A stretch of DNA of 64,000 nt from Nitrospiraceae bacterium (GCA_050246315.1 JBFWWG010000011.1:98112-162111), one strand, 5' to 3'; numbered from the stretch's first letter, positions 29,276 to 39,247 are shown. Numbers and translations are program-made. Notes: generated by a model not told the origin, from the letters alone.

Positions 29276-31428
29276 CGCTCGATGCCGACAAACTCTACGC
29301 CTTGCTCCCGTCGATCTATCGCATTCGCGATCAGGAGAAAGGAGAGCCGCTCAAGGCCTTCTTGGCCGTGCTCGCGGAGCAGGCCGAGGTCTTGGAAGAA
29401 GATCTGTCCCAGCTCTACGACGATCAGTTTATCGAGACCTGTGCCGAATGGGTCGTGCCCTACCTGGGCGATTTGATCGGGTATCGGCGGCTACGGGGTG
29501 CGTCCTCCTCCGACGATTCGTCGCGGGCCGAGGTGGCGAATACGATTGCCTATCGACGCCGGAAGGGAACGGTGTCGATGGTCGAGCAGTTGGCCTCGGA
29601 TGTGACGGGATGGAAGGCGCGGGCGGTGGAATACTTTCAGTATGTCTGCGCGACGCAATATCTGAATCATATCCGGCCGGCCCATCAGGCGGTGGCCGAC
29701 TTGCGCCGCCAACGACAGTTGATGTGGTCGCAGACTCCATTCAACTCGCTGCCTCGCACAGTCGATGTACGATGGATCGCAACCGGCCGAGGCCGGTACA
29801 ACCTTCCGAATGTCGGTCTGTTCCTGTGGCGGCTCCGCCCCTATCGTGTCGCCAAAGGGACCGCCAAGCTCGTCAAAGAAGGCTGTTTCACGTTTCACCC
29901 CCTCGGATCAGACATGCCGCTGTTCAATCCGGGTCAAGGAGAAGAGAGCCTTACCCGGCTGGCGGAACCGGTGCACGTACCCGATCCGCTCCGCCGGAGA
30001 CCCTTGTTCGACGAACTCGAAGAACTTCGCCAAAGTCTCGCGGATGGTCGCGCGGAAGCCGCGGCCACTCGTGCCTTGTCGTGGTTTGATCCGGCGCAAC
30101 CGGTGTTTCAGATATTCAAGAACGGGACGGCCGTTCCTGTGAAGGAGATTCTGATCTGCGATTTGACCGACTGGCAACGTCCGCCGGCCCGCCGGACCTA
30201 TCGACCTCGCGGAAAGCGGCCAGGCGATGCCACGCCAGATCCGCAACTGCCGATCCAACTCGCCGTCGATCCTGTACTCGGGCGTCTGGCCTTCCCCGCG
30301 AACGTCAATTTGGCGGGGGTGGTGGTCCAGGTGACTTATTCCTTCGGATTCAGCGGCGCCTTCGGCGGAGGACCCTATCCGACCGATTCCCTCCGTGCAC
30401 CCGTGACGCGTCGCGTGACGACGGGAGGCTCGACGCTGGCGCAGGCCTTGGCGGCGGTGGGGACTGCAGATGCCGTGATTCAGATCGATGACAGTGCCAC
30501 GATCGACGGAGATCTCACGATCATGCTGGGACCCGACCAGGATCTGACGATTCAAGGCAACGAAGGCACGCGCCCCGTACTGAACGGCACGATCACCGTT
30601 GTCAGCGCCGAAGAGGCGGAACTGACCTTGCACAATCTCATGTTCGCGAAATCGGTGCGGGTGACCGGCGCGGCAGAGACGACCCTCACGATCCGGCACT
30701 GTACGCTGGCCCCGGTCGAACTCGCGCAGGACCTGTCGATGAAACCGCGTCCGGAGCCGTCCGTTCGCTGGGTCGATGCCGGAAGCCATGGGACGCTGGT
30801 GATGGATCACACGCTCAGCGGCCGTCTGGTGACGAGCCCCGATGTGTCGGTGGGGCTGTTCGACAGCGCCGTCGATGCGCTCGCGGACACGGGGGTGGCC
30901 TTGGCTGCGGCCGACGGCGGTCAGATTGCAACGGGAGAGTTGCGGCTGGTTCGTACCACGGTCATCGGTACCATTCGTGTTCGGGCTCTTGAATTGGCGG
31001 AACAGGCTCTGGTGACCGGCGCTGTCATCAGCGACCAGCAACAGCATGGGTGTGTGCGCTTTTCGTATCTCCCGTCCGACTCCCGCGTTCCTCGCCGGTA
31101 TCGTTGTCAGCCGGAATGGGCGGTGCAACGAGCGAAAGATACGGCACAGCGGCGCGATCCATCGGTTGGACCCGATGTGCTTGCGCAACTGGACGCGCGC
31201 ATTCGATCGGCCTTGCGCCCGCTGTTCACCACGAGTCGATTCGGCGAGCCGGCCTATCTCCAGCTTCACGCGTCCTGTCCGGTAGAGATTCGGACGGGGG
31301 CCGAGGATGGGTCGGAAATGGGGCTCTTCCAGAGTGTGGGGCAGGCTCAGCGCGAGGCAAACGTCCGTGCGCGCATGGAGGAGTATCTTCGGTTCGGATT
31401 GGAAAGCGGCATCTTTTACGCGACGTAG
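29272..31428 (+). CDS. Phage tail protein I-like baseplate protein (Afp12-like)
   Basis: LYALLPSIYRIRD, WVVPYLGDLIG, RRKGT, GCVRFSY, GAEDGSEMG. Confidence 0.85.
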   Translation: MTLDADKLYALLPSIYRIRDQEKGEPLKAFLAVLAEQAEVLEEDLSQLYDDQFIETCAEWVVPYLGDLIGYRRLRGASSSDDSSRAEVANTIAYRRRKGTVSMVEQLASDVTGWKARAVEYFQYVCATQYLNHIRPAHQAVADLRRQRQLMWSQTPFNSLPRTVDVRWIATGRGRYNLPNVGLFLWRLRPYRVAKGTAKLVKEGCFTFHPLGSDMPLFNPGQGEESLTRLAEPVHVPDPLRRRPLFDELEELRQSLADGRAEAAATRALSWFDPAQPVFQIFKNGTAVPVKEILICDLTDWQRPPARRTYRPRGKRPGDATPDPQLPIQLAVDPVLGRLAFPANVNLAGVVVQVTYSFGFSGAFGGGPYPTDSLRAPVTRRVTTGGSTLAQALAAVGTADAVIQIDDSATIDGDLTIMLGPDQDLTIQGNEGTRPVLNGTITVVSAEEAELTLHNLMFAKSVRVTGAAETTLTIRHCTLAPVELAQDLSMKPRPEPSVRWVDAGSHGTLVMDHTLSGRLVTSPDVSVGLFDSAVDALADTGVALAAADGGQIATGELRLVRTTVIGTIRVRALELAEQALVTGAVISDQQQHGCVRFSYLPSDSRVPRRYRCQPEWAVQRAKDTAQRRDPSVGPDVLAQLDARIRSALRPLFTTSRFGEPAYLQLHASCPVEIRTGAEDGSEMGLFQSVGQAQREANVRARMEEYLRFGLESGIFYAT

Positions 31429-31480
31429 CCTGCTCGGCGATCGAACGGGACCAGACGCAGATAACGATAGGAGACCGGTC

Positions 31481-34207
31481 ATGAAAGGCGACTTCAGTCG
31501 GCAGACCTTCGCGCAGGGCAAGCATTACAGCGCCGTCCTCCTTCAGCAGGGACGGGTGCAGCTCGATGCGGATTGGAACGAATCGCAGGCGATCCACGAG
31601 CATCGCAGCGAGACCATGACGCGAGACGTGATCGGTTTATCCGGCGCCCCGACGATCGGGCCGGGCTTCCAGATTCAAGTCGGACAGGATGGCGTCAGTC
31701 TGCTGATCGGCCGCGGACGCTACTACATCGACGGCATTCTTTGCGAGAACGACGCGGATCTCAACTATGCCGCCCAACCAGACTTGCCAGGGGTTCGGAG
31801 TGTCGTCGACGTCCTGAAGGACGGCAATGCCGTCTTCGGCCTCGTCTATCTGGAAGTGTGGAGCCGACATCTCACGGCGTTGGACGACGCCGCCATGCGC
31901 GAATCGGCGTTGGGGGGACCGGATACGACTACACGGCTCAAGACGGTGTGGCAGGTGAAAGTGCTGCCCGTGAAGACGCCCGCGTCCGGTGTGGTCGGAC
32001 CGGAGACGTTTTTCGAGGAATGGACTCAGTTGCTCGCCTCTCCAACCGGCTTGCTCTCGGCGCGCGCGAAGCCGGTGGCCGCCGGCAATAACCCCTGCAT
32101 CATCCCTCCAAGCGCAGGCTATCGCGGTCTCGAGAACCAGTTGTATCGAGTGGAGATTCATAAGGGCGGGGTGTTGGGCGACCCGGCCAAAGTGCCGACA
32201 TTCAAGTGGTCCCGCGATAACGGCACCGTCGTTACGGCCATCGAACGCTTGAGCGGTCAGGAGGTGACCGTTCGGGACCTGGGGCCGGACGAGGTGCTCG
32301 GCTTTGCGAGCGGACAGTGGGTCGAGATTATCGACGATGCGGCGGAGCTGAATCGGCTTCCGGGCCAACTCATTCAAATCGACAGCGTCAATCGCGCCAC
32401 TCGGGTGATCAAGCTGGTCTCGGCTCCGACCGTGCGAGTCGATTCGGCGACGCATCCGAAGCTGCGCCGCTGGGACAGCGTCAACGAGATGGCCATCGCG
32501 GTCCCCAGCACGAACGAGGGGTTCCTGGCGCTGGAGAACGGGCTGGAGGTGAAGTTTTCCGGCGGAAGCTTCGTGACGGGAGATTATTGGCTCATTCCCG
32601 CGCGGACGGCCATCAATGGAGAGACAGGAACGATCGAATGGCCGTTCACCGCCCCGCAACTGCCGCATGGTTCCGAGCGGCACTTTTGTCGCCTGGCTCT
32701 GCTCCAGCGGAATCCTCAGACGAACACCCTCACGTCGATCGACGGCCGCAAGCTGTTTCTTCCCTTGACGGGAATCGGGGCGATGCACGTAGTAGGTACG
32801 AGCTGGCGTCACGACGACGTGATGACCCTTCAGGCCATCCAAGATACCGGCATCCAGATCACGCTGGATATGATCCCCTCCCACCCGTCGCGGGACGTGC
32901 CCGGCGCGCCGGACGCCATCAATCCCGGCACGATGATAGTCACGCTCGAAACGCCGGCGATCCCATCGACCGATGCCGCTGCGAATCCCCCTCGGGTCGA
33001 AACGATTCTCAGCGGGTCCATGACCGTGTCCAACAACAGCCTGGTCTGGAAACCCGATCTCCAGTCCTTCCTGAAATTGATGGAGGGGCCGCCGGCCTTG
33101 AGGGTCGTGCGCGTCACGCTCAAGGGTCACAAGATCTGGTCGTTTCAAGCGGGACAGATTTTCTACCTGGATGGGCAAGCGTTTGCCGGACCCGGGCTCC
33201 GGAGCGACGGTCAGACCCCGCGGACGGACCTGCTGTTTCCATCGGGGGCTGGAGTGCGGGCGAGCGATTTCGAGAGCTGGTTCTATTTGCCGGCGCAAAT
33301 CGTCCCGCCGCCGCCCAATCTCGTCGGGTTCACCGTGAATCCCAACATCCTGCAAGCCGGGCAAGCCGTCTCTCTCACCGTGACGCTGGATCGTGTTGCC
33401 CCGGCAGGCGGCGTAACCATCTCGATTGCCAAGACCATGCTCTCGGGGACGGATCCTGTTCCCTCCCTGGCGTCGATCACTATCGCGGAAGGGCAGGCCG
33501 TGGTGACGGTCGCTGTTCCAACAAGAGCGAACGTGGCGGCATCGCTCTCGCTCAAGGCGACCTTACGGCAGACGGAGCTGACGGCCAATTTGACCGTGCA
33601 GGTCGTCGCGATCACGATTGCGCCGTCGACCACGACTCTGTTCGTCAACGGCAGCGTGCAATTGACGGCCTCGGTGACCGGAGCGGCTCAGACCGGAGCG
33701 TCCTTTGCTATCACAGAGGGAGTTCGAGGCGGGGCTCTGGCTCTCACCGGGAAGAACACCGCCACCTATACCGCCTCCGTGGCGCAACCGGGGGTGTACC
33801 ACGTCGTCGCCACGAGTCTTGCCGATTCCACCAAGACCGCGGTCGCCACGATCACCGTGATTAAGAAGGTCAAGGACGGCAAGGAAGGGAAGGAACTGGT
33901 CAAGGAACAGTCCGAGGTCCCCAAGGCGATTCGTGACAACGTGGTGGTCAAAGCTCGGGAGGTCGTGACACCGAAGATTCGCGAGACGTCCAAGGTAACA
34001 GACGTGATTCGTTCCCGCGGTCTTGAGGGAGTATCCTCGACAGAGGAGTCAGGGGAGGAAGGCGGCGGAGCGGGCACGGAGGCATCCGGAGGGAAGGCCT
34101 TCATCAAACCGGAAGAACGGCCGCCGGTGGGGGAACCGCAGCGCGGAGCGCGCACGCCGTCGCGCCGAAAATCGAAACGGAAACCGAAGGCCGGGGGACC
34201 GGGGTGA
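31481..34207 (+). CDS. DUF6519-type eCIS tail fibre with Ig-like domains and K/E-rich C-terminal tail
   Basis: AGGAG RBS; MKGDFSR...QQGRVQLDADWNE, GYRGLENQLYRVEIH, FKWSRDNG, GDYWLIPART; Ig-like ITIAPSTTTL...ATITV. Confidence 0.88.
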   Translation: MKGDFSRQTFAQGKHYSAVLLQQGRVQLDADWNESQAIHEHRSETMTRDVIGLSGAPTIGPGFQIQVGQDGVSLLIGRGRYYIDGILCENDADLNYAAQPDLPGVRSVVDVLKDGNAVFGLVYLEVWSRHLTALDDAAMRESALGGPDTTTRLKTVWQVKVLPVKTPASGVVGPETFFEEWTQLLASPTGLLSARAKPVAAGNNPCIIPPSAGYRGLENQLYRVEIHKGGVLGDPAKVPTFKWSRDNGTVVTAIERLSGQEVTVRDLGPDEVLGFASGQWVEIIDDAAELNRLPGQLIQIDSVNRATRVIKLVSAPTVRVDSATHPKLRRWDSVNEMAIAVPSTNEGFLALENGLEVKFSGGSFVTGDYWLIPARTAINGETGTIEWPFTAPQLPHGSERHFCRLALLQRNPQTNTLTSIDGRKLFLPLTGIGAMHVVGTSWRHDDVMTLQAIQDTGIQITLDMIPSHPSRDVPGAPDAINPGTMIVTLETPAIPSTDAAANPPRVETILSGSMTVSNNSLVWKPDLQSFLKLMEGPPALRVVRVTLKGHKIWSFQAGQIFYLDGQAFAGPGLRSDGQTPRTDLLFPSGAGVRASDFESWFYLPAQIVPPPPNLVGFTVNPNILQAGQAVSLTVTLDRVAPAGGVTISIAKTMLSGTDPVPSLASITIAEGQAVVTVAVPTRANVAASLSLKATLRQTELTANLTVQVVAITIAPSTTTLFVNGSVQLTASVTGAAQTGASFAITEGVRGGALALTGKNTATYTASVAQPGVYHVVATSLADSTKTAVATITVIKKVKDGKEGKELVKEQSEVPKAIRDNVVVKAREVVTPKIRETSKVTDVIRSRGLEGVSSTEESGEEGGGAGTEASGGKAFIKPEERPPVGEPQRGARTPSRRKSKRKPKAGGPG

Positions 34208-34211
34208 TGGG

Positions 34212-34967
34212 GTGAATCCAGCTCGCTATGTGCTGGTGTTTGCACAAGCGAGTGACGAGGTCGCGGCCGGTTTTGTCAGGCGGAACGCCAGGCGCGCGGT
34301 CCGTCTGGTGACGCCTCGGGATCTCTCACGAGCGGGATGGCGGTACGAGGTCCGAGGTGGAGTGCCATCCGCCCAGGCCGTGGTTGAGGGACGGATTGTT
34401 CCGCAGAGCCGGCTTGCCGGAGTGATCACCAGGCTGGGATGTGTGACGGCGGCCGACGTGCCGCATATCGCGGCCAGCGATCGGGCCTATGTTGCGGCGG
34501 AGATGCAGGCGTTTCTCGCGGCCTGGCTCCATCTGGTCCCCTGTCCGATCCTCAATCGTCCCACACCGATGTGTTTGGCTGGGAACGCGTGGTCCTCTCA
34601 TAAGTGGGTCCAGACCGCCGTCCGATTGGGGATACCGGTGTCGCCCATCGAGCAGCGCGTCGATTGGAGTGCCCGTAGAGGGAAGCATGACCCGACGGTT
34701 CGAAGGGCGTCCACAAGTGATGTCACGATCGTGGGTCCTCGGGCAATCGGAACAGCCAGCTCCCGCCTGGTGCAACGGGCCCGAATGCTCACCCGTGCCG
34801 CGGGACTCGAGTTCGCGACCGTTCAATTCTCCACGATGTACGACGATGCGATATTTCTTGGTGTGTCTCTTTGGCCGGACCTTGCCGATGAACCGATCGC
34901 GGAAGCGATCTTGCGGTATCTGTGGAGGCAGTCACAGCAGATCCCAGGCATTGCGGCGACGGCATGA
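34212..34967 (+). CDS. Degenerate ATP-grasp-like protein
   Basis: DRAYVAAEMQAFLAAWL...ILNRP resembles MvdD/RimK-type N-terminal regions; lacks the E-x-N catalytic motif (FLGVSLWPD instead). Confidence 0.6.
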   Translation: MNPARYVLVFAQASDEVAAGFVRRNARRAVRLVTPRDLSRAGWRYEVRGGVPSAQAVVEGRIVPQSRLAGVITRLGCVTAADVPHIAASDRAYVAAEMQAFLAAWLHLVPCPILNRPTPMCLAGNAWSSHKWVQTAVRLGIPVSPIEQRVDWSARRGKHDPTVRRASTSDVTIVGPRAIGTASSRLVQRARMLTRAAGLEFATVQFSTMYDDAIFLGVSLWPDLADEPIAEAILRYLWRQSQQIPGIAATA

Positions 34968-35917
34968 TTCTCCTCTGGGGTCTTCACGAAGATGCTCCGC
35001 TCGGGGCCGTGTACCGCGTGCTTCAGGAGTGGGGCGCCCCTGTCTTCTTCCTCGATCAATACGAAGTGCTGGATTCGTCGCTGACGCTCCATGTGAGTGC
35101 TCATGCGGAGGGGGTGTTGCGCGTGGGCGCCCGCGACATTCGGCTGGAGGACATCTCGGCCGCCTATATCCGGCCCTATGATTCGGCCGGATTGCTCCGC
35201 GGGCCCGCCGCCCGTACCCGGTCGTCTCCATACCAGCACGCCGTCGAGTTCGATGCCTGCCTTTGGGGATGGCTGGATGTGACTCCCGCAGTGATCGTCA
35301 ATCCATTGGAAGCCATGGCCGGCAACCACTCCAAGCCGTTTCAGGCGGCGACCATCGAAGCCATGGGATTCGAGGTGCCCGAGACAATCGTGACGACGGA
35401 CAAGGAATTGGCGAAGAGTTTTTGGGAACGGCATGACGCCGTGGTCTACAAATCCGTGAGCGGGGTCCGGAGCATCGTTTCGCGGTTGACAGCGGAGCAT
35501 CGTGACCGTCTGGCCGATATCCAATGGTGCCCGACGCAGTTTCAGGCCTATGTGCCGGGGACGGATGTGCGGGTCCATGTGGTGGGGGATGACATCTTTG
35601 CCTGCGAAATTCTCTCCGATGCCGACGACTACCGGTATGCCGACTGCGAAGAAACTGAGACGAGGCTCCGGGCGTATTCGCTCCCGGCTGACTGTGCCGA
35701 TCGGTGCCTGAGACTGGCGGCCCACATGGGGTTGGTCCTGGCGGGTATCGATTTGCGGTGCACGCCTGACGGCCGCTGGTACTGCTTTGAAGTCAACCCG
35801 TCGCCGGGCTTCACCTACTTTCAGGAACAGACGCAGCATCCGATCGACCGTGCGATGGCACAACTCCTGATCGATGCGCCTCATCTGCCGGCTCATTGCC
35901 GAGCCATCGAAATGTAA
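34964..35917 (+). CDS. RimK/graspetide-maturase-like ATP-grasp ligase
   Basis: NHSKPFQ, GFEVPETIVT, VVYKSVSG, QFQAYVPGTDVRVHVVG, AGIDL, CFEVNPSPGF. Confidence 0.9.
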   Translation: MILLWGLHEDAPLGAVYRVLQEWGAPVFFLDQYEVLDSSLTLHVSAHAEGVLRVGARDIRLEDISAAYIRPYDSAGLLRGPAARTRSSPYQHAVEFDACLWGWLDVTPAVIVNPLEAMAGNHSKPFQAATIEAMGFEVPETIVTTDKELAKSFWERHDAVVYKSVSGVRSIVSRLTAEHRDRLADIQWCPTQFQAYVPGTDVRVHVVGDDIFACEILSDADDYRYADCEETETRLRAYSLPADCADRCLRLAAHMGLVLAGIDLRCTPDGRWYCFEVNPSPGFTYFQEQTQHPIDRAMAQLLIDAPHLPAHCRAIEM

Positions 35918-36327
35918 TTCCCTCCTCCATTTGTAATCCCGACTGCTGGAATTCACGACAGACGTTCATGATCGTGCCTCTGTCTGCGTATCCGATGAGA
36001 TACAGGCGTATTGCTTTGGATACAGGGTCATTGGCTCTGGACGAAAGTCCTTCTACGCGGTTCCGAAATCTCGTGACCGTTCAAGTCACACTCGTTGGCT
36101 CGATTGAAATTTGAACCCCTGCGCCTATGGCGAGACGAACGGCAGGAACAAGACTGCTGTGGAATAAGTTTTGCTAGCTAGGTGGTTCCTATCTCTTCGA
36201 ATCAAAACCGATTGGACATTCGAAAAGTCATAATTAGGTCTCGCGTTGTCGCGCCGAAGGGAGTAGACTTCCATCTGTTTTCGCCCGCCCACCCCATCAG
36301 GAATGTCCGGACAGGACATCGGCACCC

Positions 36328-37002
36328 ATGAGCGACCATGTGATTCGTGTCGGCATCCTGCATCGCCATCGTCTCCTGCGCGAAAGTCTGGCCTGTTATC
36401 TAGGACAGCGCGAGACGATCTCGGTTGTGTATTCGACATCCGGATGGGAGTTGGACGAAGCGGAGTTGGCTGCGCTCAATCCGAATGTGATTTTGCTCGA
36501 ATGTGACCCGGCTTCGCGAGAGCCGATGCAGGCGGCGAAACGGCTTCATGCCTCTGTCCCGGAGGCGAAACTGTTAATCATGGACGTGCCGGAGACCGAG
36601 ACCGATATCCTCTCCTGTATCGAGGACGCGCGCGCCTCGGGCTATCTGCTCCGGGATTCGTCGGCCGAAGACGTGCTGAGGGCGGTGCAGGCGCTGGCAA
36701 GGGGAGAAACGCTCTGTTCTCCCCGGATCGCCCATCTGTTGTTTTCACGAGTCTCTTCGTTGGCGCCGCGCGACCGCGGATCCGGTATCGACGACGACGC
36801 GGGCCTCACAAGACGGGAACGGGAGATCATCGGCTTGATCGAACGGGGGCTTTGCAACAAGGAGATCGCCGTCCATTTGTGTATCGAGGTGCAGACGGTC
36901 AAGAACCACGTCCACAATATCCTCGACAAGCTCCAGTTGCAGGATCGCCGGGAAGCCGCTCGCTACGCCAGGGAACGGGGTTTGGTGGGCAGGGGACATT
37001 AA
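36328..37002 (+). CDS. NarL/LuxR family response regulator with atypical receiver
   Basis: LTRREREIIGLIERGLCNKEIA...QTVKNHVHNILDKL LuxR HTH. Confidence 0.93.
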   Translation: MSDHVIRVGILHRHRLLRESLACYLGQRETISVVYSTSGWELDEAELAALNPNVILLECDPASREPMQAAKRLHASVPEAKLLIMDVPETETDILSCIEDARASGYLLRDSSAEDVLRAVQALARGETLCSPRIAHLLFSRVSSLAPRDRGSGIDDDAGLTRREREIIGLIERGLCNKEIAVHLCIEVQTVKNHVHNILDKLQLQDRREAARYARERGLVGRGH

Positions 37003-37087
37003 CCTGCCGTGCGTCGCTGAAATCAAGCTGTTTGGCCGGATGAATTCCAGCGGCGATGATTGAACTGAAAAACAGCCTTTGTCGGCG

Positions 37088-37972
37088 TCATCCGCGCTTG
37101 AATGCACGAATCATCGCCAGATCATGTTTGGCTGAGGCATAGTCGGTTCCATCTTGTTTGCCCAATGCAATTGCCCGTCGGATGAAGAACTCTGCCGCGT
37201 CGAGATCGCGTTCAAATATCAGTATGCTCCCCAGACCATTCAATGCCGAGTAATCGTTGGGGTTGCCAAAGAGTGCCTGGATGAACCAACGTTCAGCCCG
37301 TACGAGCAATCGGTCTTTGGGCGGACGGCCAGCCTGGATCGCCGCCCAATGCTTTAGCATGTACGCATTCTTGTCGTGATACCCTGCGAGGTTCAGCACC
37401 ATCGGTTCCAGCGGCCACATTTTCTTGGCATCAGACGTCACACTCTCGACCTGTCGATGCTTCTTCTTGCCTGTCCGAAGATCCCTGTTTCCCAGGCAAT
37501 CAGTCACGGCGCTTTGCCCCTCAACGATTCGCTGTGTCGTCTGCCGGAGTTCCCTGCTTGGACTGCTCATAACGGGCGGAACCTCGTTTGCCGCATCCGG
37601 AGACGTGCGAACGGCGCGGCAGAGCTGATCAATGGAAGCGGTGTTCCGGCGTTGCAGATTCACGTAAATCGTGTTCTGGAGGAAATAGGGTAACGGTGTG
37701 TGATCGCGCACACAGGTCACAATGAATCGGTTCAGATGAAAGGCGGTCAGCACTTCAGCCGCAACCCATCGAGATCTTGCCGCGGCCTTCGACCAGAGAA
37801 GGATCAGCACGCGGCTGCTCCTGATCGCACCGTGCAGTTCCTTTCGCAACAAGACTCCCAGGCGGATCTCTGAACGGTCCAACCAAACCTTGAGGCCGTC
37901 CTTCTCCAGGCGTGCTTCGATCTGGGCGGCCACCGCAGCGTCCTTCGAGGCGTGGCTTATGAACGCATCCAT
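37088..37972 (-). CDS. TIR domain (TIR_2) protein with C-terminal TPR
   Basis: AFISHASKD, VWLD, SRWVAAEV (catalytic Glu present); ALNGLGSIL...RRAIAL TPR. Confidence 0.88.
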   Translation of the reverse strand: MDAFISHASKDAAVAAQIEARLEKDGLKVWLDRSEIRLGVLLRKELHGAIRSSRVLILLWSKAAARSRWVAAEVLTAFHLNRFIVTCVRDHTPLPYFLQNTIYVNLQRRNTASIDQLCRAVRTSPDAANEVPPVMSSPSRELRQTTQRIVEGQSAVTDCLGNRDLRTGKKKHRQVESVTSDAKKMWPLEPMVLNLAGYHDKNAYMLKHWAAIQAGRPPKDRLLVRAERWFIQALFGNPNDYSALNGLGSILIFERDLDAAEFFIRRAIALGKQDGTDYASAKHDLAMIRAFKRG

Positions 37973-38103
37973 TTGGCGACTCTCCTCTGATTCACGGCTA
38001 CTCTCCTGCCTTTCGCGCGCGTAACAGTGCCGGGATTGATTTCGGTAACCTCGTGCCGAAAATGGTATGAGGCGACCTGCCCATGATCGTGGTCGCGGTC
38101 CTT

Positions 38104-39225
38104 TTACTCAAATCCCTGAAATTGCTCTGCGCGAAGTTTTTCTTTCGCCACGGCTTGGCCGACCCGCTGCAATTGGTCGATGTGCTCCACCGAGTCGAGC
38201 TTTTGGACGTCTTTCGGCTCGATGTCCGTGAGACCAAGGGCGTCGAGGCCGGTTCTGGAGAGTTCGGCGTTGTAGCGCATGTAGGTGAAGAGCTTGGGCG
38301 AGACCGCGCTGCGCGCCCCGATGAGATCGCCCACCTCTCGGTCGAGTGGATCGCCGGCCAGGCATTTGCCGAAGACACGGCACAACAGGTCTTGCTCATT
38401 CAGGGCGGCAAACATCAGCGCCGAAGGGATCGAGCCGGCGTTGTACAGGAGATTCATCTCTCCCGGCTCCAGATCCTTGTTGGCGTCGGGACTGGTCCCG
38501 GTGCCGACCGAAACAATGAGCATCTTATCTTCGCCGGCCGGCCAATTGAGGTTGTACGGTCCGGTTGTGGCCATGATGAACGATTGAAACGATGGATTGT
38601 TGTAGGGCGTAATGCCACCGTCGACGAAAATGAATTCCTGCTGGCCGACCTTGACGACTTCGGGCGGAAAGTAGACCGGCGCTGCCGTACTGGCACGGAC
38701 CAATTGCCAGAGGGGCAGGTTCAGATTGCAGTCCGTTCTCGCCCGATCGTTGTATTTGGCCTTGGGATTGTTCCAGATGGGCCAGGGCGAATCCGTGGTG
38801 GCATTGCGCATGACCATCATCAGGACTGTCCGTAGGCGGTCGCTCCCCAAGGTCGTATCGGCCCCGAGTTCTGCTTCCAGCTTATCGGCAAGGCCCTCGT
38901 CATCGTATTTGTACTTGAATCGCTTAAGCAGAAAGGCTTTGTCGAACATCTGGGCGCCGCTCGTGACATAAAAGTCTCGAATCCGGCTGACCGACATCCC
39001 GAGCGAGAGGCAGGCGGCCAGGATGGCGCCGGTGCTGGTGCCGGCGACAAAGTCAAAGTAATCGGCCAGCACGAAGTTCCGTTGCTTCTCGGGTTTCTGG
39101 AAGGAGCGTAGGAGGTCCTCGATGGCGCCGAGGATCTCCACCGTGATCATCCCGCGGATGCCGCCGCCGTCAAGCGCCAGAATCTTCTTGGGTCCCGGTT
39201 GCTGGATGCGTTCCGCCAGTGTCAT
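38104..39225 (-). CDS. Patatin-like phospholipase
   Basis: ILALDGGGIRG, GTSTG nucleophile, ASTAAPVYF, FVDGG. Confidence 0.95.
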   Translation of the reverse strand: MTLAERIQQPGPKKILALDGGGIRGMITVEILGAIEDLLRSFQKPEKQRNFVLADYFDFVAGTSTGAILAACLSLGMSVSRIRDFYVTSGAQMFDKAFLLKRFKYKYDDEGLADKLEAELGADTTLGSDRLRTVLMMVMRNATTDSPWPIWNNPKAKYNDRARTDCNLNLPLWQLVRASTAAPVYFPPEVVKVGQQEFIFVDGGITPYNNPSFQSFIMATTGPYNLNWPAGEDKMLIVSVGTGTSPDANKDLEPGEMNLLYNAGSIPSALMFAALNEQDLLCRVFGKCLAGDPLDREVGDLIGARSAVSPKLFTYMRYNAELSRTGLDALGLTDIEPKDVQKLDSVEHIDQLQRVGQAVAKEKLRAEQFQGFE

Positions 39226-39247
39226 GTCATTCCCCTTTCCGTCGGTG

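Noticed and set aside
23679..33364. Long minus-strand ORFs (23679..25346, 29908..31521, 31637..33364)
   Set aside because: Antisense shadows of well-supported GC-rich genes; no motifs.
3000..34207. Prophage or type VI secretion system
   Set aside because: No capsid, portal, terminase or integrase, and no TssJLM/ClpV. DUF4255, DUF4157 and the Afp15-type ATPase indicate an eCIS.
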